From a virus: a DNA stretch of 56,531 nt. Both the position numbers and the translations under genes were made by a program. The stretch is from the IMG/VR virus record IMGVR_UViG_3300028578_000004, positions 1-56,531 of that record; one strand, written 5' to 3'. The notes beneath the pieces were generated by a model that was given only the letters and a program-made list of their open reading frames with translations, was not told the origin of the DNA and ran no database searches. Shown in pieces: positions 7,706 through 15,942 of this stretch. Numbering within the stretch: position 1 is the stretch's first letter; each line of letters opens with the position of its first letter.

Positions 7706-8109
7706 GCGCCGACCTCGACAGCGTCCGACAGGGACGCCTCAATACCCGCTACACGATCCGAGAGGTCATCGGGTCGCTGGCGGGACGCGTGTGCCTTCCG
7801 AACGCTCACGATCCTCGCTGCTGCGTCTACTGCGCTGGCCGAGTGCTTGCTGAGGAAGTCCAAGGGTTGGCGGGCGGTGAGCATGAGTTAGCCCGCTATA
7901 GGCGTCTGCGTGCCGCGGCGCTGAAGGTGATCGAGCGTAACGCGCATGAAGGTGGCTGCGAGAACTACCACGGGACCACATGCAAAGAAGCCGGACGCCA
8001 GCGCGATGGCGATGGGTGGGCGACCTGGTCCCAATCGGGATGCGTGGGTGGCTCGGAGCACGTCCGGCATCTCGCCACGCCCGCTCCTACTGAGGGAGGG
8101 GCCGGGTGA
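7702..8109 (+). CDS. Hypothetical protein (135 aa)
   Basis: GTGA overlap start. Contains a CCVYC motif. Confidence 0.65.
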   Translation: MSADLDSVRQGRLNTRYTIREVIGSLAGRVCLPNAHDPRCCVYCAGRVLAEEVQGLAGGEHELARYRRLRAAALKVIERNAHEGGCENYHGTTCKEAGRQRDGDGWATWSQSGCVGGSEHVRHLATPAPTEGGAG

Positions 8110-8306
8110 GCGGTCCCCTGGTCGTCAAGACCGAAGACTGGCCGCATGGCCTCCGCTGCATGGAGTGCAACCGGGAACTAGTCGAGGGCGACCAGTACTC
8201 CGAACGCCTAAGTGGGTTCGTAGACGACACACCTGCCGTACACATCATCTGCGCTGAGTGCGCGGTCGCGGGCGCGACGGGACAGGAAGGAGCAAGCCGT
8301 GGGTGA
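8106..8306 (+). CDS. Zinc-ribbon protein (66 aa)
   Basis: GTGA overlap start. Contains CMEC and CAEC pairs. Confidence 0.65.
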   Translation: MSGPLVVKTEDWPHGLRCMECNRELVEGDQYSERLSGFVDDTPAVHIICAECAVAGATGQEGASRG

Positions 8307-8451
8307 GGCCCCGCAGACGTGGGAGGTCAAGCTGACGCTTTCGGTGGAAGCGACCTCGAAGGAAGACGCCGAGCAGTCCGTCTATGACAACCTGCTCTCG
8401 CCCCCGTTCGAGGTGCTCAACCTTCACGTTGAAAAGGCCCGCCGTGGGTGA
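8299..8451 (+). CDS. Hypothetical small protein (50 aa)
   Basis: Hand-translated. GGAAGGAG RBS, then GTG 8299. Shares its first 4 codons and 16 nt of start context with the next gene. Confidence 0.5.
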   Translation: MGEAPQTWEVKLTLSVEATSKEDAEQSVYDNLLSPPFEVLNLHVEKARRG

Positions 8452-8716
8452 GGCCCGCCGGCCGAACGCCGAAGACGTAGCCGAGGGACAGGCGTGGCTG
8501 CACAAGGCAGCGGATGAGCTCGCGGAGCAGGGGGAGATCCCTCTGATGGTCGTAACGACCTCAACGGGAAACGCTTCGGGCCTCTCTCTTGACGGCCTGC
8601 GCCTCGTGGTGGGCGACGACTGGACGGATGTCCACGTAGCAGCGCTGCTCGAATACCTGGTTGGCAAGGTCGCCTTTGACGTGTCCGAGTTCACGAGCCG
8701 AGTGGGGCGGAACTAG
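8444..8716 (+). CDS. Hypothetical protein (90 aa)
   Basis: GTG 8444 lies inside the repeated GCCGTGGGTGAGGCCC context. Confidence 0.6.
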   Translation: MGEARRPNAEDVAEGQAWLHKAADELAEQGEIPLMVVTTSTGNASGLSLDGLRLVVGDDWTDVHVAALLEYLVGKVAFDVSEFTSRVGRN

Positions 8717-8973
8717 TGAAGCTCTCCCCCACCCAGCTCCGGGTGCTCCGCTATGCCTCTGAGGGGCGACTGGTCCAGGAGTCGGATGGCCGAGCCTTCA
8801 TCGTGCGAGGTGGCCGCGTCAGGAAAGCGACGGTCGCGAGACTAGAGGCGGCAGAACTTGTTCGCTGGTTGCGATGCATCGATAGCCCCGAAAGCATTGG
8901 GCAGGTCACCCCCAAGGGCCAGGCTCTCCTAGACGAACTCAACGAGAAAGGAGCACCATGCCGAACAACGTAG
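8716..8973 (+). CDS. Hypothetical protein (85 aa)
   Basis: GTG start whose first base (8716) is the last base of the upstream TAG stop (1-nt overlap). Confidence 0.6.
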   Translation: MKLSPTQLRVLRYASEGRLVQESDGRAFIVRGGRVRKATVARLEAAELVRWLRCIDSPESIGQVTPKGQALLDELNEKGAPCRTT

Positions 8974-9311
8974 ACGCGGCACGCCATGTCCTCGAGTCGC
9001 CGGCGCTGCTGCAAAGCCGGGTGGTCGGGTACTTTGCGGTCAGCGCGGAGGGTGAGCTGACCGTCAGGTGGGATGACATCTACTCGGACCTCAAGGGCAC
9101 GCTGTCTTCCCACGAGGAGACGCTGGTGAACTTCGCTGCCGCTCTCATGGCAGGGACGGGAGGCACCGGTAACGCCTTCCTCAGCAACGGCCAGTACGGG
9201 CCGTACGCGTCATCGCTGGCGCACCTAGACGACGAACACGCAGCTCGCGTGCTCGAAGCCCTCGCGATCTCACGAGGCTTTCGGATCTCCGTATGGAAGG
9301 CAGGGCAGTAG
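8958..9311 (+). CDS. Hypothetical protein (117 aa)
   Basis: GAGAAAGGAG RBS, then ATG 8958. Confidence 0.7.
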   Translation: MPNNVDAARHVLESPALLQSRVVGYFAVSAEGELTVRWDDIYSDLKGTLSSHEETLVNFAAALMAGTGGTGNAFLSNGQYGPYASSLAHLDDEHAARVLEALAISRGFRISVWKAGQ

Positions 9312-9607
9312 TGCTCGGCCCAGACGGAGTAGACGCGCTTCGCGAGCAGGTGATCGACCTGACGGGGACGATCGACGGATTCCGCGCGCTCCTGATCGGT
9401 CTGGCGCTCACGAATTGCGCGGTGTTCGCGATCGTGCTTGGGCTGTGGCAGAAGCTGCATCCGCCCGAACGCCTGGGCCAGCTAGAGCAGGTGGAGGTGC
9501 TGCCGCTCGAGAGTGAAACCGAGGAGGGATGCACCGTCCTCCTGATGCCCGATCGCGTGGTCTGTCGGTTCGAGGAAGGACGCTGGATGCGTCTGACGCC
9601 ACTGTGA
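9293..9607 (+). CDS. Membrane protein (one predicted TM helix)
   Basis: Hydrophobic stretch LLIGLALTNCAVFAIVLGLW. The start could be ATG 9293 or GTG 9311. Confidence 0.6.
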   Translation: MEGRAVVLGPDGVDALREQVIDLTGTIDGFRALLIGLALTNCAVFAIVLGLWQKLHPPERLGQLEQVEVLPLESETEEGCTVLLMPDRVVCRFEEGRWMRLTPL

Positions 9608-9804
9608 CCTTCCCCGTCATCGACGACCTGTTCTACCCAGACGGTCGTCCGATCCTCGAAGGCCCCGAGTGCCGCTACTGCGGGTCGACAGACCTCGAAT
9701 GCAAAGAGCGCGCCGAACGCGAAGACGGGTTCGAGCTCGCGTCCTACATCTGTCGCAAGTGCAACCGGAAGACGACCTACTGCGATCCAGGAGGGAGCCC
9801 ATGA
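9604..9804 (+). CDS. Zinc-ribbon protein (66 aa)
   Basis: GTGA overlap start. Contains CRYC and CRKC pairs. Confidence 0.65.
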   Translation: MTFPVIDDLFYPDGRPILEGPECRYCGSTDLECKERAEREDGFELASYICRKCNRKTTYCDPGGSP

Positions 9805-10034
9805 GCAAGGCATATCCACCTGCCCCGCGTTGTGCGGCGCGCGAGACCAAAGGCGACATGACCCTCGTGTGCACACTGGCGCGCGGTCACGACGATCGAC
9901 GCTCGTCACGCGGCACGCGCTGGGGATGCGATCACGTCTTCGGCCTGCCCGGAGCAGAACGCGACGCGCTCGAGGCCGTCAGGGAGGTGAGGCAGGGACT
10001 ACGCGCGGCGTTGGGGTCTCTGCTGGGGGAGTGA
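9801..10034 (+). CDS. Hypothetical protein (77 aa)
   Basis: GGAGGGAG RBS and an ATGA overlap start. Confidence 0.65.
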   Translation: MSKAYPPAPRCAARETKGDMTLVCTLARGHDDRRSSRGTRWGCDHVFGLPGAERDALEAVREVRQGLRAALGSLLGE

Positions 10035-10384
10035 GCGTCCTGCACTTTCCGCGAAGCGAAACCATCATGGGCCCGCCCCTGTTCGATGAGCATGAGCTGA
10101 CGGTTCGTCTGTTTGAGATCGGCCTCGGGATGCCCACCTGCCCGGACTGCGGCGATGACCTGTACGAACCCGACTGCCACGCAGATGGCTGTCCCCGGAT
10201 CGAGACGTGCGGTCAGTGCTATCAGCGCCTCCCCGATGGGACGTTCGGCTACCTGACGCCGTATCACCCCAACCCGCCCGACCTGTACGCGGCGCGGGAG
10301 GGCGAGACGTTCGAGGAACGAGCCGTACGGATCGATGCGTGGTGGGAAGAGCACCTGCGCGAGCACCACGGGGCCGCGTCGTGA
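10031..10384 (+). CDS. Zinc-ribbon protein (117 aa)
   Basis: GTGA overlap start. Contains CPDC, C..C and CGQC motifs. Confidence 0.65.
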   Translation: MSVLHFPRSETIMGPPLFDEHELTVRLFEIGLGMPTCPDCGDDLYEPDCHADGCPRIETCGQCYQRLPDGTFGYLTPYHPNPPDLYAAREGETFEERAVRIDAWWEEHLREHHGAAS

Positions 10385-11007
10385 TCCCTCCCGAGGCCCT
10401 AATCGGAACGGCTATCGCGCTCGTGTGGATGGGGGTGGCGCTGATCGCGAAGACGCGGCGCAAGCAGGACCAGCGAGGACCGATGCTGTGGCAGACGCAC
10501 GGGTCGCCCCTCGGTTGGGTCACCGAGGTCAAAGAGGACGAGCACGGCTTGAAATGGACGGTGAAACAGACACCGGTCCAAGCGGAGCCCTGGAGGCGGG
10601 ATGGGTTCTTCGACCCGTCCCGGCGACGACGTTCGGTAGACGTTTCCAGTTGGGCGGTCATGGCCGCGGCCGTACAGCTCGGCCCCGACTCAGACGGCTA
10701 CCTCCACCTCGTAACCGATCCTGATGACGATGGGACGGCCTGCGGGCTGAACGGGGACGAGATCGGGTTCGTGCGCTACGTGAGCACCGGTCCCGTTCCT
10801 CCGGGCGTGGTCATCGACTGGAGCGGGCAGGCGCCCCCGGACCTCCCACCGATCGAGCAGGAGCTAGTCGTCTGGCAGGTCATGGCGCACCAGGATATTT
10901 GCCCCAACTGCGAAGGCTACGTGGTCGAGAAGCAGGCCGAGGCTGGGTACATCGTGCAGCACGGGCACCACCCGGCCGACCCCGAGCGGAGGCCGATCGG
11001 TGGCTAG
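10381..11007 (+). CDS. Membrane-anchored hypothetical protein (208 aa)
   Basis: GTGA overlap start. N-terminal TM segment ALIGTAIALVWMGVALIA and a CPNC motif near the C-terminus. Confidence 0.65.
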   Translation: MIPPEALIGTAIALVWMGVALIAKTRRKQDQRGPMLWQTHGSPLGWVTEVKEDEHGLKWTVKQTPVQAEPWRRDGFFDPSRRRRSVDVSSWAVMAAAVQLGPDSDGYLHLVTDPDDDGTACGLNGDEIGFVRYVSTGPVPPGVVIDWSGQAPPDLPPIEQELVVWQVMAHQDICPNCEGYVVEKQAEAGYIVQHGHHPADPERRPIGG

Positions 11008-11287
11008 CGGCCGAGAAATACGGGGGGCGATCGACCTGGCGCGTAAGGGCCACACGGGGGCGGACCTTCGCCGCAGGCGGGCGGGTCGCATCGTCCTCGA
11101 CAAGCCCACCTACCGCGCCTGGGAGACCGAACAAGAGCCCGGCCGACGATCGGTGTGGACCCACGGAGGGCATCGGTTCGAGGTCCTCGAACGCCTTCCC
11201 GTACCTCCTGAGCTCGATGGAGTGGTGTTCCTGCTGGCCGTTCCGCTGGACGCGGGGCCGAACCCGGGGGCTGCACATGGCCGATGA
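11000..11287 (+). CDS. Hypothetical protein (95 aa)
   Basis: GTG 11000 and high GC3. Confidence 0.55.
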   Translation: MASGREIRGAIDLARKGHTGADLRRRRAGRIVLDKPTYRAWETEQEPGRRSVWTHGGHRFEVLERLPVPPELDGVVFLLAVPLDAGPNPGAAHGR

Positions 11288-11669
11288 CCTGCCGGTCTAC
11301 GTGTGGGCGTTTCCGTCCGCGAAGGCAAGTGAGTCGGCGTATCTGTCGGCATCGCGACGCCTGATCGCAGAGCGGGCAGGTAAGACCGACCTGCTGATGA
11401 GCCAGGTTCACGGCGTAGGTCCCCTTGAAGGGACGCACCTGATAGTCGCCGTGGGTCGCGATGCCGGACCACGCACCTGCATGGGCGGGAAGGTCGTCAC
11501 CGATCCGCCCGAAGGTCTGGTGGAGGCCGCGAGGGCCCGCTACGCGTACATGGATACCCGCTACCGGTACCGCGGCGAACGCGATGGCGTGGTGTCACTC
11601 CACCATTCGGGAGGTGGTGGTCCAGTCGACCCGCAGGGCCGCGTGTGGGTCAAGGGCAAACCGCGGTGA
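11277..11669 (+). CDS. Hypothetical protein (130 aa)
   Basis: ATG 11277 lies in frame within the longer ORF 10899..11669. The upstream part of that ORF is Arg/Pro-rich shadow sequence. Confidence 0.6.
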   Translation: MADDLPVYVWAFPSAKASESAYLSASRRLIAERAGKTDLLMSQVHGVGPLEGTHLIVAVGRDAGPRTCMGGKVVTDPPEGLVEAARARYAYMDTRYRYRGERDGVVSLHHSGGGGPVDPQGRVWVKGKPR

Positions 11670-11881
11670 CCGAGTGCGACCACGGCATGAACCCCGCGTG
11701 GTGCGGGATCTGCCGGGCGCCCAAGCCTGAGCCTCGGTACCTCGAAGGCGTCACGGTGGCCGCGAGGTTCGCTGGCAAGTGCCCGGGCTGCGGAGACCGG
11801 ATCGAAGAGGGCGAAGACATTCACCTGACGGGAGACGGGGTCTGGGTCTGCTCGGGCTGCCGGGATCGGATCGCGCGGTGA
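11666..11881 (+). CDS. Zinc-ribbon protein (71 aa)
   Basis: GTGA overlap start. Contains CGIC, CPGC and CSGC. Confidence 0.65.
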   Translation: MTECDHGMNPAWCGICRAPKPEPRYLEGVTVAARFAGKCPGCGDRIEEGEDIHLTGDGVWVCSGCRDRIAR

Positions 11882-11885
11882 CCGT

Positions 11886-12086
11886 CTGACCACGGCCCTC
11901 GTCTTACTCGACCGCACCACCTGCCCGGACTGCGGCCAAGAGACGCGCGAGGTCGTGATCGAAGAACCAGCCCTGTTGAGACACGGAGGCTACGGAGCGA
12001 CCAGACGCTCGGACCTCACGGTCTGTCCGCGGTGCGGATGGGTCTTCGTGTCCTGCGTCCAAGAGGTGAGCCCCCGCAGGTCGTAA
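11886..12086 (+). CDS. Possible zinc-ribbon ORF without a canonical start codon
   Basis: Hand-translated frame with high GC3 and CPDC..CPRC pairs. The frame is open from 11829 to TAA 12084-12086, but there is no ATG, GTG or TTG before the first CxxC. CTG 11886 is the first NTG codon. Confidence 0.35.
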   Translation: MTTALVLLDRTTCPDCGQETREVVIEEPALLRHGGYGATRRSDLTVCPRCGWVFVSCVQEVSPRRS

Positions 12087-12096
12087 CCTGTCGGGC

Positions 12097-12231
12097 ATGG
12101 ATCAGATCGACTTCTGGAGGCGCACGGACCTCGGCCTCCTGCTCCCGCCGGTGGCCCCTGAGCCCCTGATCTTCGACCCCGCCCCCTTCGAGGGTGAGAC
12201 CGAGCCCTGCCCGTGCGGAGGGATCAGGTGA
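12097..12231 (+). CDS. Hypothetical small protein (44 aa)
   Basis: Hand-translated. ATG 12097, and the stop overlaps GTG 12228 of the terS candidate. Confidence 0.45.
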   Translation: MDQIDFWRRTDLGLLLPPVAPEPLIFDPAPFEGETEPCPCGGIR

Positions 12232-12923
12232 CGGCCGAAGACACGAAGCCCCCTCAGAGCGCACAGGAAGCCCCAGAAGGACCGAACGCGCAAACAGGTG
12301 GCGAGGGGGCCGAAGGCCAAGGGAAGTCTGCTACAGCCATCGCTGAGCGTCCTATGGAGTCCTCTGTCTCGGAGTCGTCTGGGCGTGGGGAGGGCCAGCG
12401 GACGCATCGGACGGACTCACACGCGCAGGAGCCACCCAAAAAGCGCCGTAAGCCGCCGGCCCCCGCCGACTGGAAAGAGCGATTCATCGCCTCGCTCGAG
12501 GAGTATCCGGTCGTCGCCACGGCCCTCACCCGAGCGCAGGTCTCGAAGACCCACGCCTATGACACGAAGGCAGCCGATCCCGAGTTCGCAGAGGCCTGGC
12601 GTCTGGCCCTAGAGACGGGGGCCGACAAGATCGAGCAGACCGCTCTCGAGGTCGCCCACGAAGGCGATGTGGTGATGACCTGCACGTACCACGAGAACGG
12701 TGCGCTCGCGACCTGCAAGGTGCAGCAGTTCCGCTCGAGGGGCTTCCAGGACCGTCAGATGATGCTGAAGGCCATCCGACCGGAGCGGTTCAGGGAGCGG
12801 TACGAGGTCAAGCAGACGACGGGCGACGTCGACCGGGAGATCCAAGAGCTGTTCGACGCGTTCAAGGCCGGCGGCGGGGTCGGGCCCCCGAAGGGTGGGC
12901 CGGAGAAGGCGGGGAGCGGATGA
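12228..12923 (+). CDS. terS: Terminase small subunit
   Basis: Lies two genes upstream of terL (a small zinc-finger ORF intervenes). The HTH-like segment ERFIASLEEYPVVATALTRAQVSKTHAYDTKAADPEFAEAWRLALETGADKIEQTALEVA is typical of actinophage TerS. Alternative starts are GTG 12213 and ATG 12354. Confidence 0.7.
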   Translation: MTAEDTKPPQSAQEAPEGPNAQTGGEGAEGQGKSATAIAERPMESSVSESSGRGEGQRTHRTDSHAQEPPKKRRKPPAPADWKERFIASLEEYPVVATALTRAQVSKTHAYDTKAADPEFAEAWRLALETGADKIEQTALEVAHEGDVVMTCTYHENGALATCKVQQFRSRGFQDRQMMLKAIRPERFRERYEVKQTTGDVDREIQELFDAFKAGGGVGPPKGGPEKAGSG

Positions 12924-13237
12924 GCAGGAGCCGAATACGACCTCACTCCGATGATGTGGTGAACGCCTGCCCGCTGTGCGAGGCCCGCGTTGGGCGCCCC
13001 TGTACGAACCCTCGAGGCCTCCCGCTGCCCGGGGGCCGAGTCCATGTGGCCCGTTTGCGGGCAGCCGAACCTCTGCCTGATCCAGCCGACGCAGTCGTAA
13101 TGACGTGCCCGCTGGTGACGGTCGGTGATGTTGCGGCGCTGGAGGAGGCAGGCATCTTCGATGCCTGGTGGCGCGACATGGGGCGAAGCCTTCACGCCCT
13201 CGCCCGAGTTCGAAAGGGAGCGGAGAGTGCTAGCTAG
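12920..13237 (+). CDS. Small zinc-finger protein between terS and terL
   Basis: ATGA overlap start. The motif ACPLCEARVGRPCTNPRG..VHVARL matches a CxxC..PC..H..R zinc-finger pattern common in actinobacterial phages and plasmids. Confidence 0.65.
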   Translation: MSRSRIRPHSDDVVNACPLCEARVGRPCTNPRGLPLPGGRVHVARLRAAEPLPDPADAVVMTCPLVTVGDVAALEEAGIFDAWWRDMGRSLHALARVRKGAESAS

Positions 13238-13327
13238 AGGCGAACAATGGCTGGCAGGGCCTAGGAGAAAGGCTCGAAATTCTCGGGAAAACACTTCGGG
13301 CCTGCTTGCAATCGCGAGCGCGTAGGC

Positions 13328-14974
13328 GTGGCTGACCCCGCCCCCAAGATCGAAGTCGCCCGCACCATGCCGACCGACCTGCTCACGAGCGGTCGATGGC
13401 GAACCTGGTCCGAGCCCGACAAGGTCAAGCTCCGCAACGTCTTAAGGCGCGCGAAGTTCCGGCGGACCTACGAGTACGACCCGGTCGCGTTCGTGCATGA
13501 CTGCTTCAAGTGGGACGACCTGCCGGACTCAGGGCCGGCCCCGTATCAGTCCGACGTGCTGGCGAAGCTCGTGGAGGAGCACCGGGTCGCGCTGCGCGGT
13601 CCCCACGGGTTGGGGAAAAGTTCCTGTCTGGCGTGGGCGATCCTGTGGTTCGCGCTCACCCGCGATGGCGACAACTGGAAGGTCCCGACCACGGCATCGG
13701 CACGGGCGCAACTTCGGCTCTACCTCTGGCCAGAGGTCCACGTTTGGGTTCGTCGACTACGGTGGGAGGCCATCGGTCGGGACCCGTTCATCGAAGGCCG
13801 CGACCTGCTGGACGAAGCCCTCAAACTCGACACCGGCGAGGCGTACGCGTTGGCATCGAACGACCCGGCGAAGATGGAGGGCGGCCACGCGGACCGGATG
13901 CTCATCATCTACGACGAGGCGAAGAAGATCCCGGCCGGTACGTTCGAGGCGTTCCAGGGAGCCGTGTCAAACGCCGGCCCCGAGACCGGCAGGGAAGCGC
14001 TCGAGCTGATGGGCTCGACCCCCGGCGACCCACATGGCCACTTCTACCAGGTGAACCAGAGGCGGGTCCCGGGCTACAAGCTCATCATCGTCACCAAGGA
14101 GATGGCGATCGCGGCGGGCCGGATGTCTCCCTCGTGGGTCGAGCGCATGAAGACCGTGTGGGGCGAGCACTCGGCGACGTACATCCGTAGGGTCGAGGGA
14201 AACTTCGCCGCCGGCGATGAGAAGTCCGTTCTGCCTCAAGCGTGGGTGGAGGCCGCGGTCGAGCGGTGGACGGAGGCCGCGGTCCCAGCAGTCGGTGACG
14301 CGGACCTGCTCGAGGGCAGGGTGTTCGACGGCCTGATGCTGCCGGAAGAGCTCGTGGGCCCGCTGTCGGTCGCGTCGATGGACGTCGCAGACTCGGGAGA
14401 CGACCGCACGACGATCGCACTGCGACACGGCCCGGCCATCATCCGGCTACAGGAGTTCCCGTACGACCCGGACGCCCACCTCATGGCCGCGACCGGTGCA
14501 CTGGTCGCGATCCTCAGGGGAGCGGAGGCTGGGTTCGCGACCGTTGACTCGGTCGGCGTCGGGGCCGGGGTGCTCGCGCGGCTCCAGGAGCTCCGACGCA
14601 CGGGCGAGATCCGTGAGGACCCCGTGGGCTTCATCGCCCAAGGGAAGTCCGACCTCATGGACGAGACCGGCTCTTACGGGTTCAGGGACCTGCGAGCCGA
14701 GGCGTGGTGGGGATTCCGACAGCGCCTGCACCCGACCAAGGGCGACGGGATCATGCTGCCACCTCACGATGAGCTGCAGGCCGAGCTCACGGTATCGGGA
14801 TGGCGCGCCTTGTCAGAAGGCCGCATCCGCATCGAAGAAAAGGACGAGGTCAAAAAGGCCGACCGCCTCGGCCGCTCCCCCGACCTCGCGGACGCGGTGG
14901 TCATGGCGTTCTGGGCGCGCCCCGCGGTCGCGTACTCGCAGACCGGACGGGGGCGACGGATTCCGGGGATGTAG
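13328..14974 (+). CDS. terL: Terminase large subunit
   Basis: 548 aa. Walker A LRGPHGLGKSS and Walker B LIIYDEAKK, with a C-terminal nuclease-like half. The start is GTG 13328, with ATG 13367 as an alternative. Confidence 0.9.
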   Translation: MADPAPKIEVARTMPTDLLTSGRWRTWSEPDKVKLRNVLRRAKFRRTYEYDPVAFVHDCFKWDDLPDSGPAPYQSDVLAKLVEEHRVALRGPHGLGKSSCLAWAILWFALTRDGDNWKVPTTASARAQLRLYLWPEVHVWVRRLRWEAIGRDPFIEGRDLLDEALKLDTGEAYALASNDPAKMEGGHADRMLIIYDEAKKIPAGTFEAFQGAVSNAGPETGREALELMGSTPGDPHGHFYQVNQRRVPGYKLIIVTKEMAIAAGRMSPSWVERMKTVWGEHSATYIRRVEGNFAAGDEKSVLPQAWVEAAVERWTEAAVPAVGDADLLEGRVFDGLMLPEELVGPLSVASMDVADSGDDRTTIALRHGPAIIRLQEFPYDPDAHLMAATGALVAILRGAEAGFATVDSVGVGAGVLARLQELRRTGEIREDPVGFIAQGKSDLMDETGSYGFRDLRAEAWWGFRQRLHPTKGDGIMLPPHDELQAELTVSGWRALSEGRIRIEEKDEVKKADRLGRSPDLADAVVMAFWARPAVAYSQTGRGRRIPGM

Positions 14975-15305
14975 GGGTCGGCCCGGCGAAGCTCGTGCAA
15001 GCCTGTGACCTGGGCAAACGCGCCCGATTGGCAAATCGTTTTCGCTTGGCCCCCGGCACGTTCGTACATGCCCGCCTAGGCATCGGGTCAGAATGAAATC
15101 GTTCATAAAACGTGGCGCTGAATCCGAGCGGGCCATCGCATGTCACGATGACGTCGTTCGGAGGTCGATCTGTCAACTGAGGAGCGGGGCGACCCCTTCA
15201 ACTCCGACCCGGTCTGTCTCACCGATCCCCGATGCTCGGCCGCCCCCGCCCCTTGCTCCTTCAAGGTGTTATCGGAGTGGGGGCGAAACCGAAAGCGCAT
15301 AGCCT

Positions 15306-15318
15306 GCGAATAATTCGC
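15306..15318. promoter_or_regulatory. Perfect palindrome GCGAAT-A-ATTCGC (operator-like)
   Basis: 13-nt AT-rich dyad in a GC-rich genome, 56 nt upstream of motif copy 2 and next to TTGCAA (15326-31). Confidence 0.35.
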
Positions 15319-15373
15319 GTCCCATTTGCAAACGGGAATATGACGCCCCTACCGAGTACACTTCCACCCAACA

Positions 15374-15386
15374 GGGATGAGCGACC
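15374..15386 (+). promoter_or_regulatory. Copy 2 of the 13-nt motif GGGATGAGCGACC
   Basis: Exact repeat. The internal ATG opens a 10-codon uORF (MSDLEEDPYG) whose stop overlaps the start region of the 15402 ORF. The GAGGAGGA RBS follows the motif. Confidence 0.7.
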
Positions 15387-15401
15387 TTGAGGAGGACCCC
15401 T

Positions 15402-15587
15402 ATGGCTGATGCCGCGCCCAGCGTTGCGCTGCCCGTAGACTGGGCGTGTCGACGATGCAGGTCACCGATCGAGGCGTGTGCCAACTGCCGGTTGTCGGAT
15501 CGGTCGTACATCGGTTGCGACTATCACGGCTACTGCTCAGAGTGCGCTGACGCCTTGGGTAACGAACTAGCTCGGTGGACCTCGTGA
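15402..15587 (+). CDS. Cys-rich zinc-ribbon protein (61 aa)
   Basis: GAGGAGGA RBS 7 nt upstream of ATG 15402. Contains CRRC, CANC and CSEC. Confidence 0.7.
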   Translation: MADAAPSVALPVDWACRRCRSPIEACANCRLSDRSYIGCDYHGYCSECADALGNELARWTS

Positions 15588-15766
15588 CCAACGACTGGTC
15601 CGTCACCGAGTACGCCCTCGGAACGGACGACCACCCGACACAACCCGTGACGTTGACGCGTACGGACCTCGACTGGCGCGGAACGCACTCACGCGTGATC
15701 GGTAGGTTCGCGGACGCGCGTCTAGCAGGGATAGCGAAGGCCGAAGGGGAGGCGATGGCGAGATGA
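15584..15766 (+). CDS. Hypothetical protein (60 aa)
   Basis: GTGA overlap start. GTG 15575 is an alternative. Confidence 0.55.
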   Translation: MTNDWSVTEYALGTDDHPTQPVTLTRTDLDWRGTHSRVIGRFADARLAGIAKAEGEAMAR

Positions 15767-15942
15767 TCCGTCGCATTCGCAGGATCGAGCGCGCAGTCGA
15801 AGACGAGTTCCCCGGTGCCGCGGTCGAAGTCGAGGAGGCGCGCTCGGGGTCGGGCGAGATCGTGCTGCACATCTTCACCGGCCACACGGAGTTGTCGCGT
15901 GGGCGCGTCCGTAAGATGACCGAAGAGGAGTTGGCGAGATGA
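15763..15942 (+). CDS. Hypothetical protein (59 aa)
   Basis: Hand-translated, with ATGA overlaps at both ends. Confidence 0.55.
   Translation: MIRRIRRIERAVEDEFPGAAVEVEEARSGSGEIVLHIFTGHTELSRGRVRKMTEEELAR

Larger units (their letters stand above)
14975..15401. other. 427-nt non-coding region downstream of terL
   Basis: There is no ORF with coding-like composition, and GC is locally lower. Contains the hairpin CGCCCCC(15241-47)/GGGGGCG(15279-85) with an inner CTCC/GGAG, the hairpin ATGAA-atcg-TTCAT near 15093, a palindrome and the 13-nt motif. Confidence 0.7.

Noticed and set aside
12213-12227. Upstream GTG 12213 as the terS start
   Set aside because: GTG 12228 gives the GTGA stop-start overlap used throughout this genome. 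The choice changes only five residues and remains uncertain.
13497-14190. Alternative-frame ORFs inside terL (13497..14009 and 13510..14190)
   Set aside because: These are Arg/Pro/Ser-rich out-of-frame translations of the terminase gene. The terL frame carries the Walker motifs.
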